Both the position numbers and the translations under genes were made by a program. Source: an uncultured Verrucomicrobiae bacterium (lineage in GTDB: Bacteria; Verrucomicrobiota; Verrucomicrobiia; Chthoniobacterales; UBA10450). Taken from it: a stretch of 64,000 bases of DNA. This document shows, piece after piece, positions 39,867 to 49,703 of this stretch; the stretch's first letter is position 1, and each line of letters begins with the position of its first letter. The notes under the pieces are model-generated. The model searched no databases. It saw only the letters and a list, made by a program, of their open reading frames with translations, and was not told the DNA's origin. The DNA lies in the NCBI GenBank assembly GCA_963726745.1, contig CAVSDR010000006.1, forward strand, positions 256,001 to 320,000, read 5' to 3'.

Positions 39867-41267
39867 CTATTTCGCGGCCGAAATCGGCGCGTGGTGGTAG
39901 TCGTGGCAGGTGGTGCAATTGCTCGCGACTTTCCCCGCCGGGCTGTGGCAGGCGACGCAGGAAGCCTTCGCCGGCAGGAGGACATCTGCCGTCTCGCGGC
40001 TGGCGGTCGCGTGATGGCAATCATTGCAACCCACGCTCTGGTGCTTCGCGTGGTTGAACTGGCCATGCAGCAGCCAGCGATCGACCAGGATCGGCTTTGT
40101 GACGAGCGGCGCGCCATGCGCCGCCGGTTTCACCTCGTGGCAAAAGGCGCAGCCATGGAAGACGCTGCCGATCGGCGGCGCGCTCCCTTCCACCTGGCGA
40201 TAGGGATCGCTCGTGAAAAAAATCTGCCGCTCGAAGTCCTCGCCGGAGCGCACCCGCTCGCGCAATTGTGTGAGCTGCGCGGCCACGAAACGCTCCCGCT
40301 GCGCTGGACTCGTTAGGCCCTTGCTCACCGCCAGCGCTTCGTATTGCCCCGGCAGCGTGCGCAGAAAACCGCGGACCGCCGCGGGATCGCCATGCGGCAA
40401 AGTGAGCTCGGGATTGCGCGGGTCGAACTGAAGCGCATGGCAGCTTCGGCAGTTCGCTTCGAAGCTGATCCGCCGCAGGTAGCGCCCGTCCGGCTCCGGC
40501 TGGTGGCAGCTGGCGCACTCGAGGCGCCGGCCATGAGACAGCGGGATGTCCGCCGCGAAGTGGCGTTGGTGATTGAAGCGCAGCGTGTCCGGATCGCGCG
40601 CCTGGTTTTGCTCCCAACGGAAGTCGGGATGCGCGCCATCGAAGCGCGCGAAGACCTGCGTCTGCCCATCCGGCGGCCGCGGAAGCTGCAGGGCCGCGCG
40701 CTGCGCGAGGTTGCGCGGCGGCGGGAAGGCGCTCGCAGGGAGCTGCCGGCCGAGCGCGGCCGAGGCCTGCATGACCTTGCGGTCGTTATGGCAGGCCGCG
40801 CAATCGCGATCGCTCGCGAGCGAGATCGCCTCCGGTCCGCGGTGTTCCTGGTGGCACGCGGAGCAGGAGCGATTCGCGACCACCGTGGGCGCATGAAAAT
40901 CCCGATCCGCGTGACAGTTGGCGCACTTGCCGTCGATCAGCGCCACCGTCGTGCGCAGGTTAAATTGCTGCCCGAGGGCAAAGCCGAGCTTGTAAGGATC
41001 GAGCAACTCGCGCGGCGCCAGCTTTGGCTGGTGGCACTTCGCGCAATCCTGCGCGATGAGCGCATGACCGCTCGAGATCGCGCCCGGATTGAAGAACTCC
41101 GGGTTGGCGTGTCGATGGTAATACAGCACCGCGAGCAGGCCGCCGACGAGCGCGACGAAGCTGACCGCGATGCGCGCTGCGCGCCAGGGATGCAGCCGTT
41201 TGTAATAAGCCAGATTGCCCTTGTAGCGCTCGGCGATCTGCTTCTGCGTGCGCGTCGGCTCGGCCAT
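39867..41267 (-). CDS. Membrane-anchored decaheme cytochrome c
   Basis: One N-terminal TM helix; ten CxxCH motifs (CAKCH, CANCH, CSACH, CAACH, CASCH, CRSCH, CAFCH, CNDCH, CVACH, CTTCH). Confidence 0.9.
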   Translation of the reverse strand: MAEPTRTQKQIAERYKGNLAYYKRLHPWRAARIAVSFVALVGGLLAVLYYHRHANPEFFNPGAISSGHALIAQDCAKCHQPKLAPRELLDPYKLGFALGQQFNLRTTVALIDGKCANCHADRDFHAPTVVANRSCSACHQEHRGPEAISLASDRDCAACHNDRKVMQASAALGRQLPASAFPPPRNLAQRAALQLPRPPDGQTQVFARFDGAHPDFRWEQNQARDPDTLRFNHQRHFAADIPLSHGRRLECASCHQPEPDGRYLRRISFEANCRSCHALQFDPRNPELTLPHGDPAAVRGFLRTLPGQYEALAVSKGLTSPAQRERFVAAQLTQLRERVRSGEDFERQIFFTSDPYRQVEGSAPPIGSVFHGCAFCHEVKPAAHGAPLVTKPILVDRWLLHGQFNHAKHQSVGCNDCHHATASRETADVLLPAKASCVACHSPAGKVASNCTTCHDYHHAPISAAK

Positions 41268-41270
41268 CGG

Positions 41271-42302
41271 TCAGAAGCGGAAGAGCGCCACGTAGGCGTG
41301 CCAGATGGTGACGAGGATGAGCACAAAGGAAAACGGCACGTGCACGAAAAGCCAGCCGTGCAGCCAATGGTGCATCCGCGTTTGCGCGTCGAGCAGCCGG
41401 CGCTCGTCGCACCAGGCCTCGATCTCATCCGCGCGCGGGCGGTAACCGAGCGCGATCCGCAACTTCAGGAAGCGAAAAAGCTCGTCGCTGTAGCGGCGTT
41501 CGCCCAGGCGCAGGCGGCGGCCGTTGCGCGCACGCAGATACGGCAGGATTTGCCGTTCGATGAAATCAGCCAGCACTTTCTCCGATTCCGGATCGCCCGG
41601 GGCCGGCGCGGGTTTTGGCGGCGGCGCGGTCACGGTCGCGGCCGTCAAGGCGGAGTCGGAGGCGCTCTTCGCGCGGGCCGTGGGCGTGGTCACGGTCGGC
41701 GTCGCCGCGGCCATCGGCGCGGGCGCGGTTTTCTTTTCCGTCGCGGGCGCCGGCCGGAAGGAATCGCGCATCTTTTCCGCGGCCGCGCAGAGCTGCGCGC
41801 GGATGTGCGGGATTTGTTCGTAGACGGTTTCCGCGGGCAGGCGTTCCTTCATCAGGCGCGGGAGATGATGCTGCAGGATCAGGCCATAGATGCCGCTGGC
41901 CATCACGAAAGCGTAGAGCAGGAGCAACAGCGTGGTCATGGCGCCGCCGAGCCGGAAGCCGCTGTGCAGCGCCACTAGCGGAATCGTCAGGAGCGTGAGC
42001 CAAATGTGCGCGCGCAGCCAAAGTTGCACCCGGCCGACGCGCCAGAGCGGAATCTTTTTCCGCAGCCCGAGGAGCGCGGCGAACAGAAAAATAGCCAGCG
42101 AGATGGCGCCGTAGAGCACGCCCAGCGGCGTACCGCCGACGTGCCCGCGCGACGGCGGGGTGGCGCCGAAAATAGCCGGCAACTCGAACGCGAAAGGGAG
42201 ACTCTGCGGATGGAAATTTGCCAGGTAGAGCACCACCGCCGCGGCCGTGGCGGCGAGGGTAAACACGAGCCAGGGAAGATGGGTGCGATTAACAATGCGC
42301 AT
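41271..42302 (-). CDS. Integral membrane protein, cytochrome b / ferric-reductase-like
   Basis: TM His pairs WLRAHIWL...VALHSG and WLFVHVPF...IWHAY. Confidence 0.75.
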   Translation of the reverse strand: MRIVNRTHLPWLVFTLAATAAAVVLYLANFHPQSLPFAFELPAIFGATPPSRGHVGGTPLGVLYGAISLAIFLFAALLGLRKKIPLWRVGRVQLWLRAHIWLTLLTIPLVALHSGFRLGGAMTTLLLLLYAFVMASGIYGLILQHHLPRLMKERLPAETVYEQIPHIRAQLCAAAEKMRDSFRPAPATEKKTAPAPMAAATPTVTTPTARAKSASDSALTAATVTAPPPKPAPAPGDPESEKVLADFIERQILPYLRARNGRRLRLGERRYSDELFRFLKLRIALGYRPRADEIEAWCDERRLLDAQTRMHHWLHGWLFVHVPFSFVLILVTIWHAYVALFRF

Positions 42303-42323
42303 GCGACCGGGACCCGAAAAACC

Positions 42324-44003
42324 TCAATGCGTGCGATGGGTTTCCACGTGCTCCGAGGTCGCCCATTCGTGCTGGAGAATTTCATCCTGCGCGCGCAGGG
42401 CGTCGCCGAAGAAACGCTGCGGGTCGACGCGCTTGGCGGCATCGTGCGGGCAGGCGTAAACGCAGCTCGGGGTGGAAAGCTGCGTGCAGAGGTCGCAGGT
42501 GTTCGCCTTAAAAGCGGTCGTCTTTTTCTTCTCCACCTTCACCTTCGGCGGTTCGCCTTCGACCTTCGATTTAATCTCCGTGCGCACCTCCTTGGTCACT
42601 TCCAGCGGGTGCATGTTGATGTTGCCGTAAGGGCAAAGCTCGGCGCACTTCCCGCAGCCGATGCACCAGTCCTCGATGATGATCTCGAGGTTCTCCTTTC
42701 GCCGGATCGAGCCGACCGGGCACTGCGTCATGCAGAGCGGATCGCGGCACGAGCGACAGGCCGTGGCCACGAGGTAGTGATCGTAGCGCAGGCCGTCGCG
42801 CAGGAGTCGCGAAACCCCATCGTGCGCCTTTGCGCAAGCCTGCACGCAGGCATCGCAGCGGGTGCAATTATCGAGATCGATAAGCAACAAATTCTGCGCC
42901 TCGAAAAGGCCTTGGTTCAGGAAATCGTCGAGCTGCAGGCCGGTAGGCAGGGTGCGCGGCGCGCTCGCGGCCACGCGCGCCGCGGCCACGGCTTCGAGTT
43001 GCGCTCTCACCTCGGGAAATTGCGCCAGCATCGCCTCGAATTGCGCCGCTGGGATCTTCACCACGTCGACCGCATCGAGCGCGGCGCAGGTCGCATTGCG
43101 CGTGGTCGCACGCAGCAGGCCGATCTCGCCGAAGTAATCGCCCCGGCCCAGATAAGTGCGCACCATTTCGCCGCCTGGCATGGCCTGCGAGACCCGCACC
43201 ATGCCCGAACGGATGAGGTAGAATGCATCTGCCTCTTCGCCTTCGCGGCAGATGACCTCGTTTTGATTGTAAGAGATCAACTCTACCTGCGCTTTCAGGT
43301 CCTCGAGGAACTCGTCGCTCAAGGTCGCGAAGAGCGGAACCGCGCGCAGGTGCGTGCTCAGGGAACGCTCCCGGTATTTCTGCTCCACCTCTTTCTTGAA
43401 CGAGGTGCCTTTGAACGTCGGCGCCTTCACCTTCGAGGTCGCCTTGCTCGCATCCGAGACCTGGCGCGTGCCCACGAGCATGTCCAAAATCACGCGCAGC
43501 ATCTCCACCATCACGCACGGCTCGCGCGCCTGCACCGTGGCCGAGCGCGGCTGGAAGGTGCGGCAAGTCATTTCCCCGAAGAGCTCGCCCGGCCCGAGTT
43601 GCGCCAGCGGTCGCTGCAACGGCAGGTCGACGTTCGCGTCGATGCTGATGAACTTCCGCTCGTGCGCCTCCGGCCGGCGGTCATCCGCGTCGTCCACCAG
43701 GAAGCTCTTCATCCGCGCGACGCTCCGCCAGAAAAGCCGCTTCGCCGGCGCCGTCCGCAGGTGCGCCAGCGGATTCTGGATGAAAATGTCGACTGATCCC
43801 GAGACGATGTAGTAGGCCGTGGAGCCGAACGCCCCTTCCTCGCAGACGATTTCGCCCGGGGCGTAGCGATGGAGCGCGGCTGCTCCCTTGGCCCAGTTCT
43901 CCAGCTGGGCACGCGGCAACTCCTGCAGCGCCGGGAGATACTCCAGCAACTGCTCGATCGTGAGCGGCGTCCCTCCGCTGAGCTTCTCGGTCACCTCTGC
44001 CAT
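42324..44003 (-). CDS. Two cNMP-binding domains fused to a DmsB/NrfC-type 4x[4Fe-4S] domain
   Basis: GELFGEM...RSATV and GDYFGEIG...RNAT cassettes; CTRCDACVQAC, CRSCRDPLCMTQCP, CIGCGKCAELCP, CDLC...CVYACP. Confidence 0.88.
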   Translation of the reverse strand: MAEVTEKLSGGTPLTIEQLLEYLPALQELPRAQLENWAKGAAALHRYAPGEIVCEEGAFGSTAYYIVSGSVDIFIQNPLAHLRTAPAKRLFWRSVARMKSFLVDDADDRRPEAHERKFISIDANVDLPLQRPLAQLGPGELFGEMTCRTFQPRSATVQAREPCVMVEMLRVILDMLVGTRQVSDASKATSKVKAPTFKGTSFKKEVEQKYRERSLSTHLRAVPLFATLSDEFLEDLKAQVELISYNQNEVICREGEEADAFYLIRSGMVRVSQAMPGGEMVRTYLGRGDYFGEIGLLRATTRNATCAALDAVDVVKIPAAQFEAMLAQFPEVRAQLEAVAAARVAASAPRTLPTGLQLDDFLNQGLFEAQNLLLIDLDNCTRCDACVQACAKAHDGVSRLLRDGLRYDHYLVATACRSCRDPLCMTQCPVGSIRRKENLEIIIEDWCIGCGKCAELCPYGNINMHPLEVTKEVRTEIKSKVEGEPPKVKVEKKKTTAFKANTCDLCTQLSTPSCVYACPHDAAKRVDPQRFFGDALRAQDEILQHEWATSEHVETHRTH

Positions 44004-44129
44004 GGTTTCGTTAGGCCATTTGCCTCGGGCCCGGGATGGTAGAGAGGTGGGCGCGCGCTGAAAAGCAAACTTCCGCGCCCGGTGCTTGCCGACCCCGGCG
44101 AAAGCGCGGAATCTCTTTCCCTCATCGCC

Positions 44130-46006
44130 ATGGACGCCAACGAAGAAAGCATCGCCGAAGACGTAGCCGCCGCCGGGGTTCCCGCGGCCACTGAAGGCAA
44201 GCCAATGAGCGAGCTCGAGCGCATCCGCCATTCCTGCGCTCACGTCCTCGCGACCGCGATCCTCAAGCTCTGGCCGGAGGCGCAATTCGCCGCCGGGCCG
44301 CCGGTGGAAAACGGTTTCTACTACGATGTCGATCTGCCGCACCGGATCACCCCGGAAGACTTCGCGAAGATCGAGGCCGAGATGAAAAAGGAGACAAAGG
44401 CGAACCACCCCTTCGAGCGCGTGGTTGTTTCGCGCGACGAGGCCCTCGCGCTGGCCCGCGAAGGCAAACTGGCCGCGCTCGGCGCGCGCAATGCGCCGTC
44501 TAAATTCAAGCTCGATATCGTGGAGCACATCCCCGAGGGCGAAGAAATCTCGCTCTATCGCAACGGCGAATTCACCGACCTCTGCGCCGGCCCGCACGTC
44601 ATGCGCACCGGGAACATCGGCGCCTTCCGCCTCACCCACGTGGCCAGCGCCTACTACAAAGGCGACGAGAAAAATCCGCAACTCCAGCGCATCTACGGCA
44701 CCGCTTTTAAGAACAAGACGCAGCTCGAAGAATACTTCGCCATGCTCGAGGAGGCGAAGAAGCGCGACCACCGCAAGCTCGGGAAAGAGCTCGAGCTTTT
44801 CACCTTCGACGACGACGTCGGCCCCGGCCTTCCGCTCTGGCTCCCGCGCGGCGCCGCCATCATCGAGGAACTCGAAAAGCTCGCCAAGGAAACGGAATTC
44901 GCCGCTGGCTACCAGCGAGTGCGCACGCCGCACATTGCCCGGGAGAATCTGTACCTAACGAGCGGTCACCTGCCCTACTACGCCGACTCGATGTTCCCGC
45001 CGATGGAGCTGCACGATCATGGCGCGGAAGAGGGAGCCGTCGGCGACAAATATTACCTCAAGGCGATGAACTGCCCGCATCACCACAAGCTCTTCGCTGC
45101 GGTGCCGCACAGTTATCGCGACCTGCCGCTGCGCTTCGCCGAATACGGCACAACTATCGCTACGAACAGAGCGGCGAGCTCTTCGGGCTCATGCGCGTGC
45201 GCTCGCTCCAGATGAATGACGCGCACATCTACTGCACGGAGGAGCAATTCGAAGACGAGTTCCGCGCGGTTAACGAGATGTATTTGAAGTATTTCAAAAT
45301 CTTCGGGATCGAGAAATACGTCATGCGCTTCTCGACGCATGATCCGGCCAAGCTCGGCCAGAAATTCGTGGATAACCCCGAGCTCTGGAAGAAAACCGAG
45401 GACATGGTCCGCGGCGTCCTCCAGCGCAGCGGAATCAACTACGTCGAAGTGCCAAACGAGGCCGCCTTCTACGGCCCGAAGATCGACGTCCAGGTCTGGA
45501 GCGCGATCGGGCGCGAGTTCACCATCGCGACCAACCAGGTCGACTTCGCTGTCCCGGCTAAGTTCGGCCTGGTCTACAAGACCCGCGAAAACACCGAGGC
45601 CACGCCGCTTTGCATTCACCGCGCACCACTCGGGACGCACGAGCGTTTCATCGGCTTCCTGATCGAACATTATGCCGGCAATTTCCCGCTCTGGCTCGCG
45701 CCCGAGCAGGTGCGCGTGCTCCCGATCGGCGACGAGCCGGCGCTGGTCGAGTATGCCCGCAAAATAGCCGACGAATTGCGCGCGCACGAAGTCCGTTGCG
45801 AGCTCGACGCGACTAACGATCACATCAAGGCGAAGATCTCCAGCGCCGAGCAAATGAAGGTGCACACCATGCTCGTGATCGGCGGCCGCGACCTGGAAGC
45901 GAACGCGGTCAGCCTGCGCGAGCACGGCAAAGGCAACCTCGGCGCGCGACCGCGGGACGAGGCCATCGCCCGCATCCTGGCGGCCATCCGCCAGCGCGCT
46001 GCCTAA
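44130..46006 (+). CDS. thrS: Threonine--tRNA ligase, -1 frameshift at ~45151
   Basis: RHSCAHVLA, DLCAGPH, RDHRKLG, MNCPHH, EYGT|NYRYEQSG, AFYGPKID, IHRA. Confidence 0.95.
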
Positions 46007-46710
46007 CGACCCAGCGTGACGATGTCGCGCACCAGGCGCAGGGTATCGACCAGGCCGCGCAGGAGCTTGCGATTCTTCTCTTTTTGCAAAGTGCGCCCCT
46101 GCGGAGTGAAGAGCTCGTTCTGCGCCTGCTCGAGCTTGTTGATCTCCGCGATCGCCTGCTCCGCCGGCTGGTAGCTCGGGTTCACCTCGAGCACCGCGCC
46201 ATACTGCAGGCGCGCCTGCGCCAGCTCGCCGCGCAGGAAATGGGCAAAGCCGATCGCGTTGTGCACCCGCCAGATCTCGGGATTCACCGGGACCTGCAAC
46301 CGCGCCGCGCGCGCGCGCTCGATCGCTTCCACCTGCTCGAGGTATTGCACCGCCAGCCGGAGGTCTTCGTCTTTCCGGTCGCCCTCGCGCTTCAAGTAGG
46401 TCAGCAACCGGCCGGCGTGCAGGTAGGAAGTCCCGCAGCGAAACGGGATCTCCGGCGCGCGCTCCGTCTCCGGTTGGCCCGCGCGCTCGAGCTCGGTGAT
46501 CGAAGCCGCCGCCAGCCGCCCGGCCCACTCGTAGGCATCGATCGCCGGCTCACGTTTCCCGCGGCGCTCGAGCTTTGAAGCGCGCTCGCTTTCCACCAGC
46601 GCCTGCTCGTAGAGCTTCTTCGCCGGGTCGAGTCCGCTCTCTTCCTGCGCCCGGAGCCCGGGCGGCAGCAAGAGGAGAAAGAGCAGGCTAAAATGGAAGC
46701 GAGACCGCAC
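46003..46710 (-). CDS. Secreted TPR-containing protein
   Basis: Signal peptide LLFLLLLPPGLRA; TPR-like NAIGFAHF...VLEVNPSY; GTG start inferred. Confidence 0.7.
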   Translation of the reverse strand: MRSRFHFSLLFLLLLPPGLRAQEESGLDPAKKLYEQALVESERASKLERRGKREPAIDAYEWAGRLAAASITELERAGQPETERAPEIPFRCGTSYLHAGRLLTYLKREGDRKDEDLRLAVQYLEQVEAIERARAARLQVPVNPEIWRVHNAIGFAHFLRGELAQARLQYGAVLEVNPSYQPAEQAIAEINKLEQAQNELFTPQGRTLQKEKNRKLLRGLVDTLRLVRDIVTLGR

Positions 46711-46821
46711 CGCGCAGCTTCCCTTTGCGTCCCAGCCTCGGCAACTGTTTGCATCGCCCGGCAAAATTCCCCACAACAGAGAGAACGTGTCCCCCGCTCC
46801 CTGGCCTAACGAGTGTCCATC

Positions 46822-47271
46822 ATGAGAACTGCGCTCCTGCTCGTTGTTTCGGTGGCCCTCCTCGCGCTCGGCCTTTGGACCCAGCGGCCGGAGCCGATTT
46901 CCTTCGCGCCATCGCAATCGGCAGCCCCTGCCCGCGCCGCGCGGTTTACGGGCCAGAATGTCTACTCCACCCGTACCTGGGCCAATCCGGGGACGCTCCC
47001 GGATCACTTCGCGCGGCACGGCGCGGATTTCGGCGCGCGGGACGCGGAAGATTACGCCCGCCAGGCCTACGACTTTTTCCAGCGCGCCCAAGTTGCCGGC
47101 TACCCGGCGAAGGTCGACCAGAGCGGGACCTATCGCGTCTACGATCCCGGGAGCGGCGCCTTCGGCGTCTACACCGCCGACGGCAGGACCAAGACCTACT
47201 TCAAGCCCGGAGGGCGCGGTTATTTCCAGCGGCAGATCGGGCGCCCAGTCGATCTACGGAAGCGCCGATGA
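46822..47271 (+). CDS. Signal-peptide-bearing protein with polymorphic-toxin-like nuclease domain
   Basis: DHFARHGADFG...DY...A..F...YDP...FGVY..DG.TKTYFKP resembles RHS/CDI C-terminal toxin tips. Confidence 0.55.
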   Translation: MRTALLLVVSVALLALGLWTQRPEPISFAPSQSAAPARAARFTGQNVYSTRTWANPGTLPDHFARHGADFGARDAEDYARQAYDFFQRAQVAGYPAKVDQSGTYRVYDPGSGAFGVYTADGRTKTYFKPGGRGYFQRQIGRPVDLRKRR

Positions 47272-47519
47272 AGCATCTTTGCCCGGTCTGCGGCTATCCC
47301 CACCTCGAGGAAGCGCCCCGCACTGCAGAGGGAGGCGGCTCGTTCGAGATCTGCCCGAGCTGCGGCTTTCAATTCGGCGTGAGCGATGAAGATGCCGGCT
47401 ATTCCTTCGCGGAATGGCGAGAGGCCTGGCGCGCCGCCGGGATGCCGTGGTCGAGCGTGCGGAAGCCGCCGCGCGGCTGGAATCCGGCGCGGCAACTGGC
47501 CGCGCTCCTCAGTCGTTAG
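47268..47519 (+). CDS. Small Cys-rich zinc-ribbon protein (CPCC-like), candidate immunity protein
   Basis: CPVCG...EICPSCG.QFG..D...WR..W; ATGA overlap with upstream gene. Confidence 0.65.
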   Translation: MKHLCPVCGYPHLEEAPRTAEGGGSFEICPSCGFQFGVSDEDAGYSFAEWREAWRAAGMPWSSVRKPPRGWNPARQLAALLSR

Positions 47520-48432
47520 GCAGCGAGTCCGTCCCGCCGCGCAAAAGAGCCAGCGCTTTCACAAACGCGGCCTCGCTTTGCGGGACCACCACGGACGTTT
47601 CGAAGTGACCCGCGTCCGGGAGAGGCAGCAAGACCGCGCGGTCGCCAGCCTTCTCCGCCGCAGCGACGTAGCTCCTCACGCTTGCGGGATCGACGATCGG
47701 GTCGCGTTCGCCCTGGAGGAAAATCTGCGGAACGCCGAGCGGCAGGCGCTCGCTCGGCGAGGTCTCGGCATAGCGGGCCGCGACCTTATCCGGCGCGCCG
47801 CCCAGGAGCGGCTCGACCGCGGAGTGACAACTGTCGGGCGGACCGATGCGGTAGTGCGCGAGATCGGTGATCGCCGCCAGCCCGAGCACGCCGCGGAGCG
47901 GCACCGGATCTTTCGCGTAGAGCTCGCTGTCTTTGGACAGGCGCGCGCGGCTCGCGAGCCAGAGCGCGAGCTGCCCGCCGGCCGAATGACCCGCGGCGTA
48001 GACCTGCTCGAGGTCGAGCGGCGCAGCCTTGGCGAGTTCGCGCAGATGATCCGTGGCTTGGGCCACATCGAGGAACGTCGTGGGCCAGCCGCCGCCATTT
48101 CCCAGCCGGCGATATTCGATCGTCCAGGTGGCAAACCCATGCGCGGTCAGCCAGGCCGAAAGCCGGGTGATGTATTGGTAATCAAACGCCGACTGCCAGC
48201 AGCCGCCATGGATCACGACCATCACTGGGAACGGTCCCTTCCCGGGCGGCAGCCGCAGTTCGCCGAGCTGCTCAGGCGCGCTCCCATACGCCCGGCGCTC
48301 CCCGGCGGGCGGCCGCGGCATTTTCCCGAGCTCGGACCAGCTGAGAGTTTTCGCCGGTGACGGCGAAGACGACGGCTCCGCCAAAGCCAGACTCGTTAGG
48401 CAAAGAGAAAGCGCGAGCGAGAGTTTGATCAC
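47509..48432 (-). CDS. Secreted alpha/beta hydrolase (esterase)
   Basis: HGGCW, GHSAGG nucleophile elbow, D..V, GHF; start uncertain. Confidence 0.9.
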   Translation of the reverse strand: MIKLSLALSLCLTSLALAEPSSSPSPAKTLSWSELGKMPRPPAGERRAYGSAPEQLGELRLPPGKGPFPVMVVIHGGCWQSAFDYQYITRLSAWLTAHGFATWTIEYRRLGNGGGWPTTFLDVAQATDHLRELAKAAPLDLEQVYAAGHSAGGQLALWLASRARLSKDSELYAKDPVPLRGVLGLAAITDLAHYRIGPPDSCHSAVEPLLGGAPDKVAARYAETSPSERLPLGVPQIFLQGERDPIVDPASVRSYVAAAEKAGDRAVLLPLPDAGHFETSVVVPQSEAAFVKALALLRGGTDSLPND

Positions 48433-48464
48433 TGGCGGAAACGGTGGCCCGCTTCGCGCGCGGT

Positions 48465-49628
48465 TCAACCGCCACCGCGCCGGAGGAGTTCGGCGACGAA
48501 GATCCCGGCGTAGGTGCCGAGGGCGTTGCCTAACGAGCCGACGAGGATGCCGGGCAGGCGGAGGTCATTGCGCCCGAGCGCGGTCGCGAGCACCCCGGCG
48601 CTGGTGGCGCCGCCGATATTGGCATTCGAGGCCACCGCGATCATGGCCCAATCCTGCCGGAGCAACCCGGCCAGGCCGAAGAGCAGCGCGCCGTGCACGA
48701 AAACAATCAGCGTGACCCAAAGCAAAAGGACGCCAGCGACGGAGCCATTCGCGATCAGCGCGCCGATGTCGCAATAAGCGCCGATGACCGCGAGGAAGAG
48801 CAGGACCGCGAAGTAACCGAGGGTGCGCGCGCCGCGGAGTTTTTGCACCTGCGGGACCTGCGCGAGGACGAGCGCGAGCGTGGTCAGCACGAGGACCATC
48901 GGGAGGAACGGGAGCAGTTGGCTCACGACTTGGGAAACAAAAAGCGCGGCCAGGCCGAGGGCGAGCAGGAGCGAAAGATCGATCACGCTGATGGCTTCGC
49001 CGGCGGCCAACGCCTCCACGGTTGCGACCGGGGCCGCCGCGGCGCCGGGCACGCGACGCGGGAACCAGCGCTGCAGCAGGCGCGGGAGAAGGAGCGTGGC
49101 CACGATCCAGATGGTGGTGATGATGTTGTCGGCCGCGTTGATCGCGGCAAAAAGCGTCCCGTCCTTGGTCACGCCGTACTGCAGCGCGACGGCGTTAAGG
49201 TTCACGCTCCCGCCGATGTAGGTGCCGGTGAACATGCCGGCCACGGCGTGAGCCTGGCGGACGCCATGAAGGTCCGGCCTAACGAGTTGATAGCCCACGT
49301 AGGTGCCGACCAACGTGGTCAGCGCGCCCGCGGCGAAGAGCAGGAGCATGGGCACGCCCGCGAGGCGGAGGTCGCGCAGGCGGACATCGAGCAGGAGGAA
49401 GAAAATCGCCAGCGGTGCGAGGTAGACAAAGATGCCGTCATAGAGCGGCGGGGCGTTTCGCGAGGAGGGCAGCACGCCAAGGTTGGCCAGGACCGCGGCC
49501 GCGAGGATAACCACGAGCGCGGAGCCGGCGGCGCGGAAGAACGGGCGGCGACAAATCCACTCCGAGAAAGCGACCAGCAGGAGGAGGACGGTGCCGACGT
49601 AAAGCGGATCGGAGAGGACGGAAAGCAC
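48465..49628 (-). CDS. DUF819 family membrane protein
   Basis: GTYIGGSVN and ASNANIGG motifs; about ten TM helices. Confidence 0.88.
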   Translation of the reverse strand: MLSVLSDPLYVGTVLLLLVAFSEWICRRPFFRAAGSALVVILAAAVLANLGVLPSSRNAPPLYDGIFVYLAPLAIFFLLLDVRLRDLRLAGVPMLLLFAAGALTTLVGTYVGYQLVRPDLHGVRQAHAVAGMFTGTYIGGSVNLNAVALQYGVTKDGTLFAAINAADNIITTIWIVATLLLPRLLQRWFPRRVPGAAAAPVATVEALAAGEAISVIDLSLLLALGLAALFVSQVVSQLLPFLPMVLVLTTLALVLAQVPQVQKLRGARTLGYFAVLLFLAVIGAYCDIGALIANGSVAGVLLLWVTLIVFVHGALLFGLAGLLRQDWAMIAVASNANIGGATSAGVLATALGRNDLRLPGILVGSLGNALGTYAGIFVAELLRRGGG

Positions 49629-49703
49629 GGCGCGAGACTACGCAGGAAGGCGGGGCCGACGCCAGCCCTTGGGCAACCGGAAAATGTCGGCTAAGTTTCC
49701 GCC

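Noticed and set aside
44004..44933. N-terminal extension of the 869-aa cNMP/Fe-S ORF
   Set aside because: Antisense to thrS; the real start is most likely the ATG at 44003
45140..45200. Programmed frameshift or true pseudogene in thrS
   Set aside because: No slippery heptamer, essential gene, and many similar indels elsewhere point to assembly error
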